A model generated the notes under the pieces. The model was not told where the DNA came from and ran no database searches. It worked only from the letters and a program-made list of their open reading frames with translations. From NCBI GenBank assembly GCA_014728035.1, contig WJMJ01000096.1:1-64000 (forward strand): a DNA stretch of 64,000 nucleotides. Direction: 5' to 3'. Below, in pieces: positions 27,834-38,494 of this stretch (its first letter is position 1; the number at the start of each line of letters is the position of its first letter). The DNA comes from Promethearchaeota archaeon (GTDB lineage Archaea; Asgardarchaeota; Thorarchaeia; Thorarchaeales; Thorarchaeaceae). The translations under genes were made by a program, and so were the position numbers.

Positions 27834-29515
27834 CAGTAAGCCCGCTCCTTTACTTCAAATTGTCCAAGAGTTACGTCAATATATTCAGTCTTGATGGCAC
27901 CATTTTTCATAAGTGTGAACAATGAATGCTTTAGGAATTCTGAGTCATTCCTGCTTGGGTAATCTAATCTCCAATGTGCACCACGACTTTCCCTTCGCAT
28001 GAGAGCTCCCATTGTGATTATCTCCGCTAGCGTTAGCATGTTTTCCAGTTCTAGTGTCCTAACCAAGGAATAATTGAATCTGATATCACTTGGTCCGATT
28101 GAGATATTTTCAAATCTTTCTCTAAGGTTTCTAATTACTCGCAGTGCCTGTTCTAGTTGTTCTTGATTTCGATAAACACCAACAAGTTGGTCCATTGTCG
28201 CTTTCATTTCTTGTCGCAAGTTATGAGGTGACTCTCCCTCCTGACGAACTACCATTGCCTGTAGCTTACCACGGTCCTTGAAAGCCATTTCTTCCACACA
28301 GGAAGAATCTACAAAGTCACAGCTTTTGATATAATTTGAAACAGACTTTCCAACCAACCGACCGAAAACAAGAGTTTCAAGAAGCGAGTTTCCACCAAGG
28401 CGATTTGCACCATGTACACTCATACAGGAGGTCTCACCTACAGCATATAATCCGGGAATTGATGTTATACCATCCTTATTACAATGAATACCACCCATAG
28501 AATAGTGTTGTCCAGGTTGTACCGGAATGGGTTGGTCAATAGGGTCGATACCAGCAAAATCAATAGAGATATCTCTAATTCCAGGAAGACGGGCTTCTAT
28601 TTTATCTTCACCAAGATGACGCAAGTCAAGATGCACGAATTCATTTTCAAATCCTCGACCTTCTTCGATTTCGGTTCTAATGGCGCGTGCAACAATATCT
28701 CTGGGAGCTAACTCCATTTGTTCAGGAGCATAATTCTTCATGAAACGATCTCCGGAAGAATTAAACAGATATCCACCTTCTCCACGGGCTCCTTCAGTTA
28801 TGAGAATATTAGAACCAAACAGTGTCGTTGGATGGAATTGTATGAATTCCATATCTTTCAATGAAGCACCCGCTCGCAAGGCTAATGCACACCCATCTCC
28901 TGTGTTAATGAGAGCATTAGTTGACTTGCCATATATTCTTCCAAATCCACCTGTTGCAAGTACAATAGATTTCGCTACTATTCCAATAATTTCCCCAGTG
29001 GAAATTTCAAGCGCAGTTAAGCCACAGATTTTTCCATCTTTACTTACAAGAGAGGTTACAAACCATTCTTCGTAGATAGTAATACCCTTTCGAAGTACTT
29101 GCTCAAATGTGGTATGCAGAAGATTATGACCGGTTCTATCAGCTGCATAGCAAGTTCTTGGAAACAGAGCACCACCAAAGGGGCGTTGGGCAATATCTCC
29201 ATCTTCTGTTCGTGAGAAAGCAGTACCCCACCTTTCGTTTTCAATCACAGCCTTTGGTGCCTCACGAGTCAAGACTTCTACAACATCTTGATCAGCAAGA
29301 TAGTCGGATCCTTTCACTGTGTCGAAGGCATGCTGCTCCCATGAATCATCCGGACCCATCGCAGCATTGATTCCACCTTGTGCAGCAACAGAATGAGACC
29401 GTAAGGGATGAACCTTTGTCAATATTGCAACGTCACAATTATCCGCAAGCTCAATTGCAGTTCTCAGACCTGACAAGCCAGCTCCTACTACTAATACGTC
29501 ATGCTTCAGAGTCAA
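27833..29515 (-). CDS. sdhA: succinate dehydrogenase/fumarate reductase flavoprotein subunit
   Basis: GAGLSG, RSHSVAAQGG (covalent FAD His), QFHPT, TEGARGEGG, HYSMGG, HGANRLGGNSL, RESRGAH. Confidence 0.95.
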   Translation of the reverse strand: MTLKHDVLVVGAGLSGLRTAIELADNCDVAILTKVHPLRSHSVAAQGGINAAMGPDDSWEQHAFDTVKGSDYLADQDVVEVLTREAPKAVIENERWGTAFSRTEDGDIAQRPFGGALFPRTCYAADRTGHNLLHTTFEQVLRKGITIYEEWFVTSLVSKDGKICGLTALEISTGEIIGIVAKSIVLATGGFGRIYGKSTNALINTGDGCALALRAGASLKDMEFIQFHPTTLFGSNILITEGARGEGGYLFNSSGDRFMKNYAPEQMELAPRDIVARAIRTEIEEGRGFENEFVHLDLRHLGEDKIEARLPGIRDISIDFAGIDPIDQPIPVQPGQHYSMGGIHCNKDGITSIPGLYAVGETSCMSVHGANRLGGNSLLETLVFGRLVGKSVSNYIKSCDFVDSSCVEEMAFKDRGKLQAMVVRQEGESPHNLRQEMKATMDQLVGVYRNQEQLEQALRVIRNLRERFENISIGPSDIRFNYSLVRTLELENMLTLAEIITMGALMRRESRGAHWRLDYPSRNDSEFLKHSLFTLMKNGAIKTEYIDVTLGQFEVKERAY

Positions 29516-29679
29516 ATTTTCTCTCCTCAGAACAACAATTCTCTGAACAGAAACTTATCGGAGGCATGTACTTAAAGCACCTTTTGGGGTGTATACTATC
29601 AAAAAACGGTTTCAGAATCAATATTTATTTATCAGAAGATTATTCAAACTCCTCATTCGTAACTAGAGGAGATGTACGA

Positions 29680-30396
29680 TTGACAAGTGTCATTGAGATG
29701 ACAACTAAAGAGTTAGCTAGAAAAATTGAAGCTATCAAAGCTTTAGGTTTTGTAAGAAGTGCACGAAAAGGACCAACTGGAATAGGACATACATTCGAAG
29801 GTCTAATGGGATATTCTGAGAACAACATATCAGTCCCGGATTGGGGAGTAGTTGAGTTGAAGACGACTAGGAAAAACTCGGATAATCTAATAACATTGTT
29901 TTCAAAAGTACCTAAAAGAAGAAAAGGACTAACCCCAAAATTATTGGTGGAAAAATACGGATATTGGGATGAGAGAAAGCAAAGACAAGCCCTATATACC
30001 TCAATCAATGGTACAAAACCAAACAGTCTTGGTTGGATTTTGAAGATAGATGAGAAAGAAAATACTTTAAAGATATTTCACAATGGAACTGAAGTTGCAT
30101 ATCAACCATTAAAGGAATTGGAATCAATCATAGACAGAAAAGTAAATAATCTTGCACTTGTTTTAGCGGATACTAAAACTAAAGGAAAAGATGAATTCTT
30201 TCATTATAACGAAGCATGGTTATTGGCAAATCCTGAGAGTGAAAATTTGATTGGTTTGATTAGAGGTGGCTATTTGATTTTCGACTGGAGAATGCACATA
30301 AAATCAACTGGACGTGCAAGAGATCATGGTCCAGGATACCGAATAAAAGAATCATCATTACCAAAATTATACTCTGAAAAAGTGAAACTTGTCTAA
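29680..30396 (+). CDS. MvaI/BcnI-family type II restriction endonuclease
   Basis: GPTGIGHTFEGLMGYSENNISVPDWGVVELKT PD-(D/E)xK core, ITLF, RDHGPGYRI. TTG start at 29680 after GAGGAG. Confidence 0.85.
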   Translation: MTSVIEMTTKELARKIEAIKALGFVRSARKGPTGIGHTFEGLMGYSENNISVPDWGVVELKTTRKNSDNLITLFSKVPKRRKGLTPKLLVEKYGYWDERKQRQALYTSINGTKPNSLGWILKIDEKENTLKIFHNGTEVAYQPLKELESIIDRKVNNLALVLADTKTKGKDEFFHYNEAWLLANPESENLIGLIRGGYLIFDWRMHIKSTGRARDHGPGYRIKESSLPKLYSEKVKLV

Positions 30397-31688
30397 GTCT
30401 TTCGTAAAATAACGATATTCTCGGTATGCATAGTATCAGCAGATACCCCCTCAATGTTTTCAGGAGCATTTTGCCACGGCATCCGCTTTGTTGGTATATC
30501 TCTCCCAATTGTTCGTTCATGGGTGAAACCAATACGCTCTCCTAATTCAACAATGATGAGATTTGTGGGTATTCGAATTCTACTCATTGACCTATTACCA
30601 ACTACTATACATGCAACTGAATTCTCTCTTAGAGTTCTGAACATTTCCATCAAGGATTGATTCAATTCGAAAAAGAAATTATAGAAATCCCTTGCACGTT
30701 TTTTACTCCTCTTACGAATTGCGGAAAAAGTCAAATCAAGAATATCACTTTCTAATGCATTCTGATCATATTCCCTCTTAGCCCTACCACCTAATCCTCT
30801 CTTGTCAACTGTCTTGACAGATTCCAATTCCAAACCAATCCAAAGAGCGGGATATCTGCTAAATTGACCATATGCGACCGTAGTTGAATGATCACCATAA
30901 GGAGGCGAAGTAATAATCAAATCAATAGATTCACTTTCAATAGGAGTGTCTCTATTATCAATCTCAATTATTTCTGGTTGAAAATAAGATTCTGGTAGAT
31001 TCCGTTTAAAGCCCGCCATCAGCGGGATACATCTATCAACGTGAGAAATAAAAGAAGATAAAACATCAGGCTTGAATACCTTCATTTTTTCCTTTTTCAT
31101 TCGTACAATTTTGAACTCACGTTTTTTTAGATACGAAACATCTCTTACGGTGGAAGATAGACATAGCAGAAAGAAATTTCGAATGCTTTCGTTGGATATT
31201 GAATCAATAGCATGTCTGATGATACCTAAATCCAATTGCACATCAGATGCGAACCAGTAATCAATATTGGGCATTTTTGGTGGATCAAATCGCTTCTGTT
31301 CCTTTTTTAGTTGATGCATCCTATCAAATACATTACTCTTTGATTCTTTTAACTTAGTAGGAGAGATTGGTCTTGTTTTTACTCTTGAAAGGAAAATAGC
31401 AAATGGATTTAGGTCTGTACCTATTGATTGACGTTTGGATAACATCGACTCAACAAGAGTTGATCCCGATCCACAAAAAGGATCCCAAATTAAATCAGTG
31501 GGATTTGAATATAAATTTAACAATCGATTAACAATTTGAGGAATCATTCTAGCAGGATAAGGATGCAGTCCATGTGTGAAATACTTAGTATCAGCCCCAG
31601 AGAAAGTCCAATCCTCTGATTTAGAGTCTTCAATCTCTGAGTCATAATCGCTAATCCGGGTCTGATCCATATGTTTCCAACCACGCAT
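30393..31688 (-). CDS. N4-cytosine DNA methyltransferase (MvaI-like)
   Basis: THGLHPYPARMIPQ, DPFCGSGST (motif I), ITSPPY (motif IV). Convergent with the REase, 4-bp overlap. Alternative start at 31670. Confidence 0.9.
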   Translation of the reverse strand: MRGWKHMDQTRISDYDSEIEDSKSEDWTFSGADTKYFTHGLHPYPARMIPQIVNRLLNLYSNPTDLIWDPFCGSGSTLVESMLSKRQSIGTDLNPFAIFLSRVKTRPISPTKLKESKSNVFDRMHQLKKEQKRFDPPKMPNIDYWFASDVQLDLGIIRHAIDSISNESIRNFFLLCLSSTVRDVSYLKKREFKIVRMKKEKMKVFKPDVLSSFISHVDRCIPLMAGFKRNLPESYFQPEIIEIDNRDTPIESESIDLIITSPPYGDHSTTVAYGQFSRYPALWIGLELESVKTVDKRGLGGRAKREYDQNALESDILDLTFSAIRKRSKKRARDFYNFFFELNQSLMEMFRTLRENSVACIVVGNRSMSRIRIPTNLIIVELGERIGFTHERTIGRDIPTKRMPWQNAPENIEGVSADTMHTENIVILRKT

Positions 31689-31790
31689 AGATTATTTCAC
31701 CAACTTATCAAACTAATGATTTTCATCCAGTTTCTACAATTGATTGAAATAGGAGATAATAAATTCCTATCAGATTGATGTTGTTTTCGC

Positions 31791-33176
31791 CTATACCATC
31801 TTCTTGGGATCTAAAATCTCATCAATATTGTCAAGTGAAATAGCCATATCATCCAAAGTTTCACGAATTGTCTTTCCAGATTTCAAAGCAGTTTGTGCTA
31901 CCTCTGATGCCTTATCATATCCGATATGAGGAGTTAGCCTCGTTACAATCATCAGACTTCTTTCTAATTGTGAAGAGATATGTTCTTCATTTGCTTCCAA
32001 ACCCTTAAGACAATTATTTGTAAACGACGTAATTCCATTAGTGAGAATATGAATGGATTCGAGAAGATTGGATATAATAAGAGGTTTGGTGACATTCAAA
32101 TCAAGCACACTTCCTAGAGATTCGGCCATTGAAATTGCATGATCGTATCCAGCAACCTGGATGCAGACCTGAATCAAAGCTTCTGATTGAGTAGGATTAA
32201 CTTTTCCTGGCATGATAGAAGAACCAGGTTCATTAGCTGGTAGTTTGAGTTCACCCAGTCCTGCACGTGGTCCTGAGCCCATCCACCGAATGTCATTTGC
32301 CATTTTGATTAGTCCTAATGCTAGAACTCTGAGAGTTCCGCTAACTCGAATCATGGTTCTATGTGAAGCAATACCCTCAGCTTTTACGGAATGGGTTCTG
32401 AAAGGAAATCCAGTAATCTTTTCAAGATGAGATACGACCCGTTCTGCAAACCCTTGGCTTGTGTTGACTCCTGTTCCAAGAGCTGTTCCACCAATAGGAA
32501 CAACTACCAGATCCTCACGGATTTCTTGTATCTCTCCAAATGATTTTACCAACTGTGTTTGATATACCGAGAATTCAGTACTGAGAGATATCGGAACTGC
32601 ATCCTGAAGATGGGTTCGTCCAACTTTTACGATGTCATTGAACTGTTCGATTTTGTCATCCAGAACATGAATCATCTTATCTATTGCAGGAAGTAAATCT
32701 TTGCTGATTGCATCTAAAGCTGCAACATGCATAGCTGTTGGAATGACATCGTTTGACGATTGTCCCATATTCACATGATCATTCGGATGAACTGGCTTTT
32801 TCTTTCCCATGGGAAATCCAAGGATTTCGTTCGCCCTATTTGCAAGAACCTCGTTCATGTTCATATTGGTCTGTGTTCCTGAACCAGTCTGGAACAAATC
32901 AATCGGAAATTGGTCAAGCATTTTTTTATCAAGGAGAATTTCATCAATTGCCTGAAGGATTGCATTGCTTAGTTCTTCATTGATATCACCATTATCAGAG
33001 TTAGCAAGAAGACATGCTTTTTTGACCTGTGCTAAAGCAACGATGAACTTGGAAGGCAACTGTTTTCCAGAGATTCTAAAATTCATCAGTGCTCTTTGAG
33101 TATTGATACCCCAATAAACATCAGCTGGTACCTCAAGGTCTCCAAGCATATCGTGTTCGATTCTCTTTTCGGTCAT
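31791..33176 (-). CDS. fumC: class II fumarate hydratase
   Basis: QTGSGTQTNMN, HPNDHVN.GQSSND, GRTHLQDA, GSSIMPGKVNP. Confidence 0.95.
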   Translation of the reverse strand: MTEKRIEHDMLGDLEVPADVYWGINTQRALMNFRISGKQLPSKFIVALAQVKKACLLANSDNGDINEELSNAILQAIDEILLDKKMLDQFPIDLFQTGSGTQTNMNMNEVLANRANEILGFPMGKKKPVHPNDHVNMGQSSNDVIPTAMHVAALDAISKDLLPAIDKMIHVLDDKIEQFNDIVKVGRTHLQDAVPISLSTEFSVYQTQLVKSFGEIQEIREDLVVVPIGGTALGTGVNTSQGFAERVVSHLEKITGFPFRTHSVKAEGIASHRTMIRVSGTLRVLALGLIKMANDIRWMGSGPRAGLGELKLPANEPGSSIMPGKVNPTQSEALIQVCIQVAGYDHAISMAESLGSVLDLNVTKPLIISNLLESIHILTNGITSFTNNCLKGLEANEEHISSQLERSLMIVTRLTPHIGYDKASEVAQTALKSGKTIRETLDDMAISLDNIDEILDPKKMV

Positions 33177-33201
33177 GTCAGAACCTCTGTCATTGATACC
33201 A

Positions 33202-34071
33202 TTATTCCAGGACGAGTCTATCGATTAATTTCTGAACCTTTTCTGGATCATTCTTCTTATCACGGAGCTTCCCATCTGTAGGAATAGCAAGACCCTTAGT
33301 CAGATGTTGTTTCTCTGTTTTGTAAAATAGTCCAATTGGGATTTTTTCTCCATCTTCTAGAGCTTTCGATATTGCTGCCATTTTATCTGTAACATCATGC
33401 TCTTCTTGCTGAAGAGAATATGTGTGTTCATTATAGTACTTCCAAGTAAGCTGACGATTCCAAGTGACACAAGGTTGAAAGATATCAATCACTGCAAATC
33501 CTTCATGTTGGACTGCTTGAACCATTAATTCAACCAACATCGGAAGATCTCCAGAGAAACCTCTAGCTGCATAGGTGGCACCATTGGCAATTGCTAGAGC
33601 CAGTGGTTCAACTGGATCCATCGGAGCACCTGTTGGCGGAGGAGAGGTCTTTGATACATACCCTCTAGGGGAAGCTGGTGAGAATTGTCCCTTTGTCAGA
33701 CCATTTACACCATTGTTATGAATAAAGACAGCCAAATTCACGTTTCTTCTCGCAGCATGAAGATAGTGACCCAACCCCTCACCTAAACAATCACCATCAC
33801 CAGTGATTACTATAACTTTAAGATCACCATTAGTAGCATGTACACCAGTTGCAATTGGAATAGGTCTTCCATGAAGGGTATGAAATGAGTTCAGATTAAT
33901 ATAGTGAGGAAGCTTACCTGAACAGCCAATTCCTGAAACCAGTACCAGTTCTTCATGGGGTACTTCAAGTTGTATTGCCATCTTTTTTAGAGCTGCAAGT
34001 ATCCCAAAGTTTCCACATCCCTTACACCAAGTCACTTTCTGTGGACCTTCAAGTTGACTTTTCTCAATCAT
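33202..34071 (-). CDS. korB: 2-oxoacid:ferredoxin oxidoreductase beta subunit
   Basis: WCKGCG, SGIGCS, HTLHGR, GDGD TPP motif, TKGQFSP, QPCVTW. Confidence 0.9.
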   Translation of the reverse strand: MIEKSQLEGPQKVTWCKGCGNFGILAALKKMAIQLEVPHEELVLVSGIGCSGKLPHYINLNSFHTLHGRPIPIATGVHATNGDLKVIVITGDGDCLGEGLGHYLHAARRNVNLAVFIHNNGVNGLTKGQFSPASPRGYVSKTSPPPTGAPMDPVEPLALAIANGATYAARGFSGDLPMLVELMVQAVQHEGFAVIDIFQPCVTWNRQLTWKYYNEHTYSLQQEEHDVTDKMAAISKALEDGEKIPIGLFYKTEKQHLTKGLAIPTDGKLRDKKNDPEKVQKLIDRLVLE

Positions 34072-35810
34072 TCAATTCCAACCTCCCTAAGCTCACTAAG
34101 AATCCATTTTGCGGTCATTGGACGGCCATCATATTTGTTAATTCGATGTGTAACCGATAAACCGGTTTCCATTCGAACTAGTTTAGCAAATTGCGAAGTT
34201 GCATTCTGCTCAACAGCTATAACAATATCAGAGTTATCAAATACTTTCATCAATAATTCATCTCGTAATGGATACAAATCGCAGAAATGAAGCTGATTAA
34301 TTGAAACATCATTCGAAGAAAGAATTTTAGACGCTTCATTTGCAGCGCCCCAAGTTGAACCCCAAGTTAAAAGAGTAGTATCTGCTCTTTCTTCGCCATA
34401 TATCTGAGGAGGATTCAGATCTTCCAGAATTTGTGGTACTTTTTTGAAGAATTTCTCAACCATGGCTTTTCTGATTACTGGATCTTCCGTCACGTGACCA
34501 TCCTCAAGATGACAATTACCTGATGATACGACTACTTTGTCTTTATCACCTGGAAAAGCTCTTGGTGAAATTCCATCATCAGTAAGATGATATCGTTCAT
34601 AGTTATTTGATTTACCCGCAATCTTCCCTCGGTCAATTTCAACATTTGCTACATCGATATTAGGAAGATTCAGTATAGAATCTGCAAAATGCTGGTCTCC
34701 AAGAATGAGTACAGGAACCTGATACTTGTCTGCAAGGTTGAACGCACGAACGGTTACTTCAAATCCTTCTATTGGATCTTTAGGTGCAAACATGATTCTT
34801 GGAAACTCTCCTTGACTAGCATTGAGTAGAAACAACAAGTCAGATTGTTCGGTCCGGGTTGGTAATCCCGTACTTGGTCCACCTCGTTGAGCATTGTAAA
34901 TAACAACTGGTGTTTCTGTCATGGCAGCTAATCCTAATCCTTCGACCATAAGAGAGAAACCTCCGCCAGAAGTTGTTACCATCGATCTTGCACCAGCATA
35001 TGATGCTCCAATTGCCATTGTCAATGAAGCAATCTCGTCTTCAGTCTGCAAAGCTCCAACTTCTAATTCATGAGATGCCGCCATTAGCTCATCAAAAACA
35101 GAAGTTGATGGACTCATTGGATACGAAGATATCCACTTCAATCCAGCTGCCATTGCTCCAAAAGCGATGCCCTGACTCCCTGTCAATAAGAGGCGATCAT
35201 GACATGGGCCTTTTTCTATGTCTTGTAAATCATGACGACAACTGCTTTTGAATTCCTTCTGGGTTAAATCGTAGAGTGACTTGGCAACATCTATATTTGC
35301 TGAAATGATATCCTTGCCTTTTTTCTTGAAGATTGCAGAAAGGGCTTCCTCCGCCATGTCAAAGGGAAAACTAAGAACTGAGAGAAGAGCTCCCAAAGCC
35401 GCAGCATTTGTCATTTTTGCAGTGCCTCCTAACTGCTTTGCAATTTTTTCAAGAGGCGCAGGAAAATGACACGATTCCAAATCTGTAAAATCGATAGATT
35501 CGTCGAAAATGATGACGCCCCCATCAACAAGTGCATCCCGCTTTCTAACAATAGCATCTTCAGATAGGGCAATGATAATATCGATTTCCTCTAGCGGAGC
35601 AAAGATTGGTTTGTTACTTACTCGAATTTGTGTGAAATTATAGCCTCCACGAATTCGTGACTCATAGCTCTTAATGGTGTGAGTATAGAAACAGGCTCGG
35701 ACAAAAAGTTGAGTTAGTAGATCACCGATAGTGTCTATGCCTTGACCTGCCTCACCACCTATATTGAAGTTAATATCCATACTGTGTGGGCTCTCCTGAC
35801 TTTCCAGCAC
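34068..35810 (-). CDS. korA: 2-oxoacid:ferredoxin oxidoreductase alpha (gamma-alpha fused) subunit
   Basis: GGEAGQG, SRIRGG, YPMSPS, EDEIAS, TSGGGFSLM, QRGGPSTGLPTRTEQ. Confidence 0.92.
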   Translation of the reverse strand: MLESQESPHSMDINFNIGGEAGQGIDTIGDLLTQLFVRACFYTHTIKSYESRIRGGYNFTQIRVSNKPIFAPLEEIDIIIALSEDAIVRKRDALVDGGVIIFDESIDFTDLESCHFPAPLEKIAKQLGGTAKMTNAAALGALLSVLSFPFDMAEEALSAIFKKKGKDIISANIDVAKSLYDLTQKEFKSSCRHDLQDIEKGPCHDRLLLTGSQGIAFGAMAAGLKWISSYPMSPSTSVFDELMAASHELEVGALQTEDEIASLTMAIGASYAGARSMVTTSGGGFSLMVEGLGLAAMTETPVVIYNAQRGGPSTGLPTRTEQSDLLFLLNASQGEFPRIMFAPKDPIEGFEVTVRAFNLADKYQVPVLILGDQHFADSILNLPNIDVANVEIDRGKIAGKSNNYERYHLTDDGISPRAFPGDKDKVVVSSGNCHLEDGHVTEDPVIRKAMVEKFFKKVPQILEDLNPPQIYGEERADTTLLTWGSTWGAANEASKILSSNDVSINQLHFCDLYPLRDELLMKVFDNSDIVIAVEQNATSQFAKLVRMETGLSVTHRINKYDGRPMTAKWILSELREVGIE

Positions 35811-35914
35811 ATCATATTGATGTAGCTAGATGACTACTTATGTCATACGTAAGCACATTATTGGGTTGCGGGCGTTGTAAACAGTTGCAAGCTGTAGATA
35901 CTACTAAAAACTCC

Positions 35915-37732
35915 TTACAGAGGTAGTTTTGGAATATTGTCTTCAACAACTTCGCCATGTTCTTTCAAAGTCGTCATAACAATATGATATGAGCGTAGGA
36001 CATCTTCGCGAGATACAGTTCCAATCATTGTTTCAAGATCATCAGGATGTGTGACTATGGCAAATCCGTGTCCATGAAGAATCATATTCTGTAGAACCCA
36101 ATCCATCGTGATATCAGGCGTTAAACGGATAAACTCTTTCTCGATAAAGAATCGCACCTGCAGTTCGCCACCCCACTTATAGTATGCTTCTTGCATATCA
36201 TCAGCGAATGCTAGACCTAGTAACTGCCAGTCATCGTCCACTACAGGGAGTACCTCCGCCCGAGACCTCGTCATCTCTCCCAAAGCCACCTCTATAGGCA
36301 TATCAGCAGATAACGCCTCGGGATTTGGGTCCATCATCATTCCAACCATTACAGCCTTTAGAGCATCTACATAAACAGCTGTCTGTAATCTGATGTTCTG
36401 ACGGGATAGTTTGAGGGTGTAGATACTATCGTTCATTATTGAATGACTAACAAGATAAGAGCTTGAAACCGCAATCATTAGAGGCAGCATCATACCATAA
36501 TCCCCACTCATTTCAACTATCATAATTATACAGGTGATAGGGGCATGTGCAGCACCTGCGAAAAGTGCAGCCATCCCTACTAATACAAAAGCCATGGGGG
36601 CACCAACCGCTCCAGGTGCAATGAATGCAAAGAATTCACCAAGGGCACCACCCAATCCAGCTCCAATAAATAGTGTGGGTGCAAATACACCTCCAGACCC
36701 GCCAGAACCAACACTGAAGGATGTAGCAAGCATTTTCATAATCCCGAATATCAAAAGCGATATCCATGTCACTCGACGTAATAATGCTGCATTTACAAAA
36801 GCATACCCAGTACCCATGATTGCAGGTGTGTAAGGCTCTTCATGAAATACTCCTTGATAGCCACTGTTCATCTCATACCAAATTGCGATAATTCCTAAAA
36901 CTCCCAGAAATAAAGCTCCAAGTGCTGGTTTCACATATTTTGTCACATCGAGGTCTTCAAAGAAATCTTCGAATTTGTAAAATAGTGTAGTCCATCCTTT
37001 TGCTAACACGCCAAATACCAGTCCCATAATCAAATAGAAGATTAGCTCAATCTCGCTCGTTAATGTGAATTGAGGTGCAACAAATGGGGCAGCTCCAGCT
37101 CCAAAGATCACATTCGAAACTGCAACTGCAAGCACAGTTGATAAGATGACAGGTATGATTGAAATTCCCATAATCTCTCCTGCAATAATTTCTAATCCAA
37201 ATATGGCTCCTCCAAGAGGCGCATTGAATATTGCAGCAATACCAGAAGCCATACCACAAATCATCAGGGTTCTAGTCTTTTCTGTACCCAACTTCAAGTA
37301 TTGAGCCAATGCAGAACCAGTTCCAGATCCTATTTGACCAATCGGTCCTTCGCTTCCACACGAACCTCCTGAACCAATAAGAATAGCAGAGGAAACAGCT
37401 TTTACAACAGGAACCCGAGACCTCATCTTACCCTTATCCATAACATACGACATCATTATGTTAGGAATGCCATGGCCTTCAGCCTCAGGCGCATATCGCT
37501 CTACAATAAATCCACTTACGAGTGCCCCAATAACTGGAACAATAATCCAACCCATAATTCCTATGACAGAGGGAATTGAAGCGAACAGGGAACTGAGTCC
37601 AATAACAGCGTGTTTGAATACTCCAGCTCCGATTCCAGAAATTATCCCAGTCAATGCTCCGAGACTATAGAGTACCAGAGCATCATTAGAGAGCAATCTT
37701 TGCTTGATTTCACTAACTTGCGTGTTTGCCAT
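35915..37732 (-). CDS. ClC chloride channel/antiporter with CBS pair
   Basis: GHGIP, GSEGP, FNAPLGG, GGVFAP, HAPIT, SIY; C-terminal CBS domains. Confidence 0.92.
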   Translation of the reverse strand: MANTQVSEIKQRLLSNDALVLYSLGALTGIISGIGAGVFKHAVIGLSSLFASIPSVIGIMGWIIVPVIGALVSGFIVERYAPEAEGHGIPNIMMSYVMDKGKMRSRVPVVKAVSSAILIGSGGSCGSEGPIGQIGSGTGSALAQYLKLGTEKTRTLMICGMASGIAAIFNAPLGGAIFGLEIIAGEIMGISIIPVILSTVLAVAVSNVIFGAGAAPFVAPQFTLTSEIELIFYLIMGLVFGVLAKGWTTLFYKFEDFFEDLDVTKYVKPALGALFLGVLGIIAIWYEMNSGYQGVFHEEPYTPAIMGTGYAFVNAALLRRVTWISLLIFGIMKMLATSFSVGSGGSGGVFAPTLFIGAGLGGALGEFFAFIAPGAVGAPMAFVLVGMAALFAGAAHAPITCIIMIVEMSGDYGMMLPLMIAVSSSYLVSHSIMNDSIYTLKLSRQNIRLQTAVYVDALKAVMVGMMMDPNPEALSADMPIEVALGEMTRSRAEVLPVVDDDWQLLGLAFADDMQEAYYKWGGELQVRFFIEKEFIRLTPDITMDWVLQNMILHGHGFAIVTHPDDLETMIGTVSREDVLRSYHIVMTTLKEHGEVVEDNIPKLPL

Positions 37733-37843
37733 CCCCGGTTAAAGAATTAATCTCATGTGGTCCCCTGAGAATAAACAATACAAAAGAGAAGATTTTCATT
37801 GATAAAGAAATCTTGCTTGAATGTGGGTTTTTCTGCGAAAACA

Positions 37844-38368
37844 CTAGAAATCGGGTTCTAAACTGCCAGGCCAGAGCTGTTTAACCACTTCTCGAAAAGT
37901 TTCAATGATTTTCTCCACATGGCTAATAATCTGTTCAGCAATGGAGCCATTAGTAATCTTGAGTTTATCACGGGCGCGACATTCAACTGCAAACATGTAA
38001 TGCCCTGGTTCGATATTACCTGCATTCTTCAAGACCATATGATAGGTACTCGAGTCGTTGAATTTTTTCATTGGACCTTTAGCAAAATCAGGCCCATATT
38101 TTTCAAAAACACCATATGCCGCATGGAAAAACCACGTCGCATCCAGAGATATGGATATAGCCGAATCATCACTCGAATATTCAATGGCGGGGTATAACCA
38201 AGGCACTAATCTCAGAGCGAATACTGCTCCATTCTGAGGGCCAAAAAATCCAGTATGTGGAGTTTCTCTCCAAAAGTAGGACATTCCTTTAACAAAGCCA
38301 TGCTCTACGTTGAAAGATTCCTTAAAGAATTGGTCTAATTCATCTGAGTCAATAGAGATATCAAGCAT
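37844..38368 (-). CDS. hypothetical protein
   Basis: 174-aa ORF with protein-like composition; no motif recognised. Confidence 0.6.
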   Translation of the reverse strand: MLDISIDSDELDQFFKESFNVEHGFVKGMSYFWRETPHTGFFGPQNGAVFALRLVPWLYPAIEYSSDDSAISISLDATWFFHAAYGVFEKYGPDFAKGPMKKFNDSSTYHMVLKNAGNIEPGHYMFAVECRARDKLKITNGSIAEQIISHVEKIIETFREVVKQLWPGSLEPDF

Positions 38369-38494
38369 ATGCTCTCTATACTACTGAAGCAATTTTACTT
38401 TTCTGACATTCAAATTGCTCTGCTTTTCGATATATCGATTGTAATAGCCCACCTAAGAAAGATTATAATCAATTGATGGATTCAACTCGATGAT

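Noticed and set aside
29380-29679. Long N-terminal extension of the restriction endonuclease ORF
   Set aside because: It overlaps sdhA on the opposite strand; the SD-supported start is at 29680.
35915-37732. ClC filter variant GHGIP/GSEGP as a novel selectivity
   Set aside because: GHG(I/V)P variants are common in prokaryotic ClC-CBS proteins and the gating Glu is retained.
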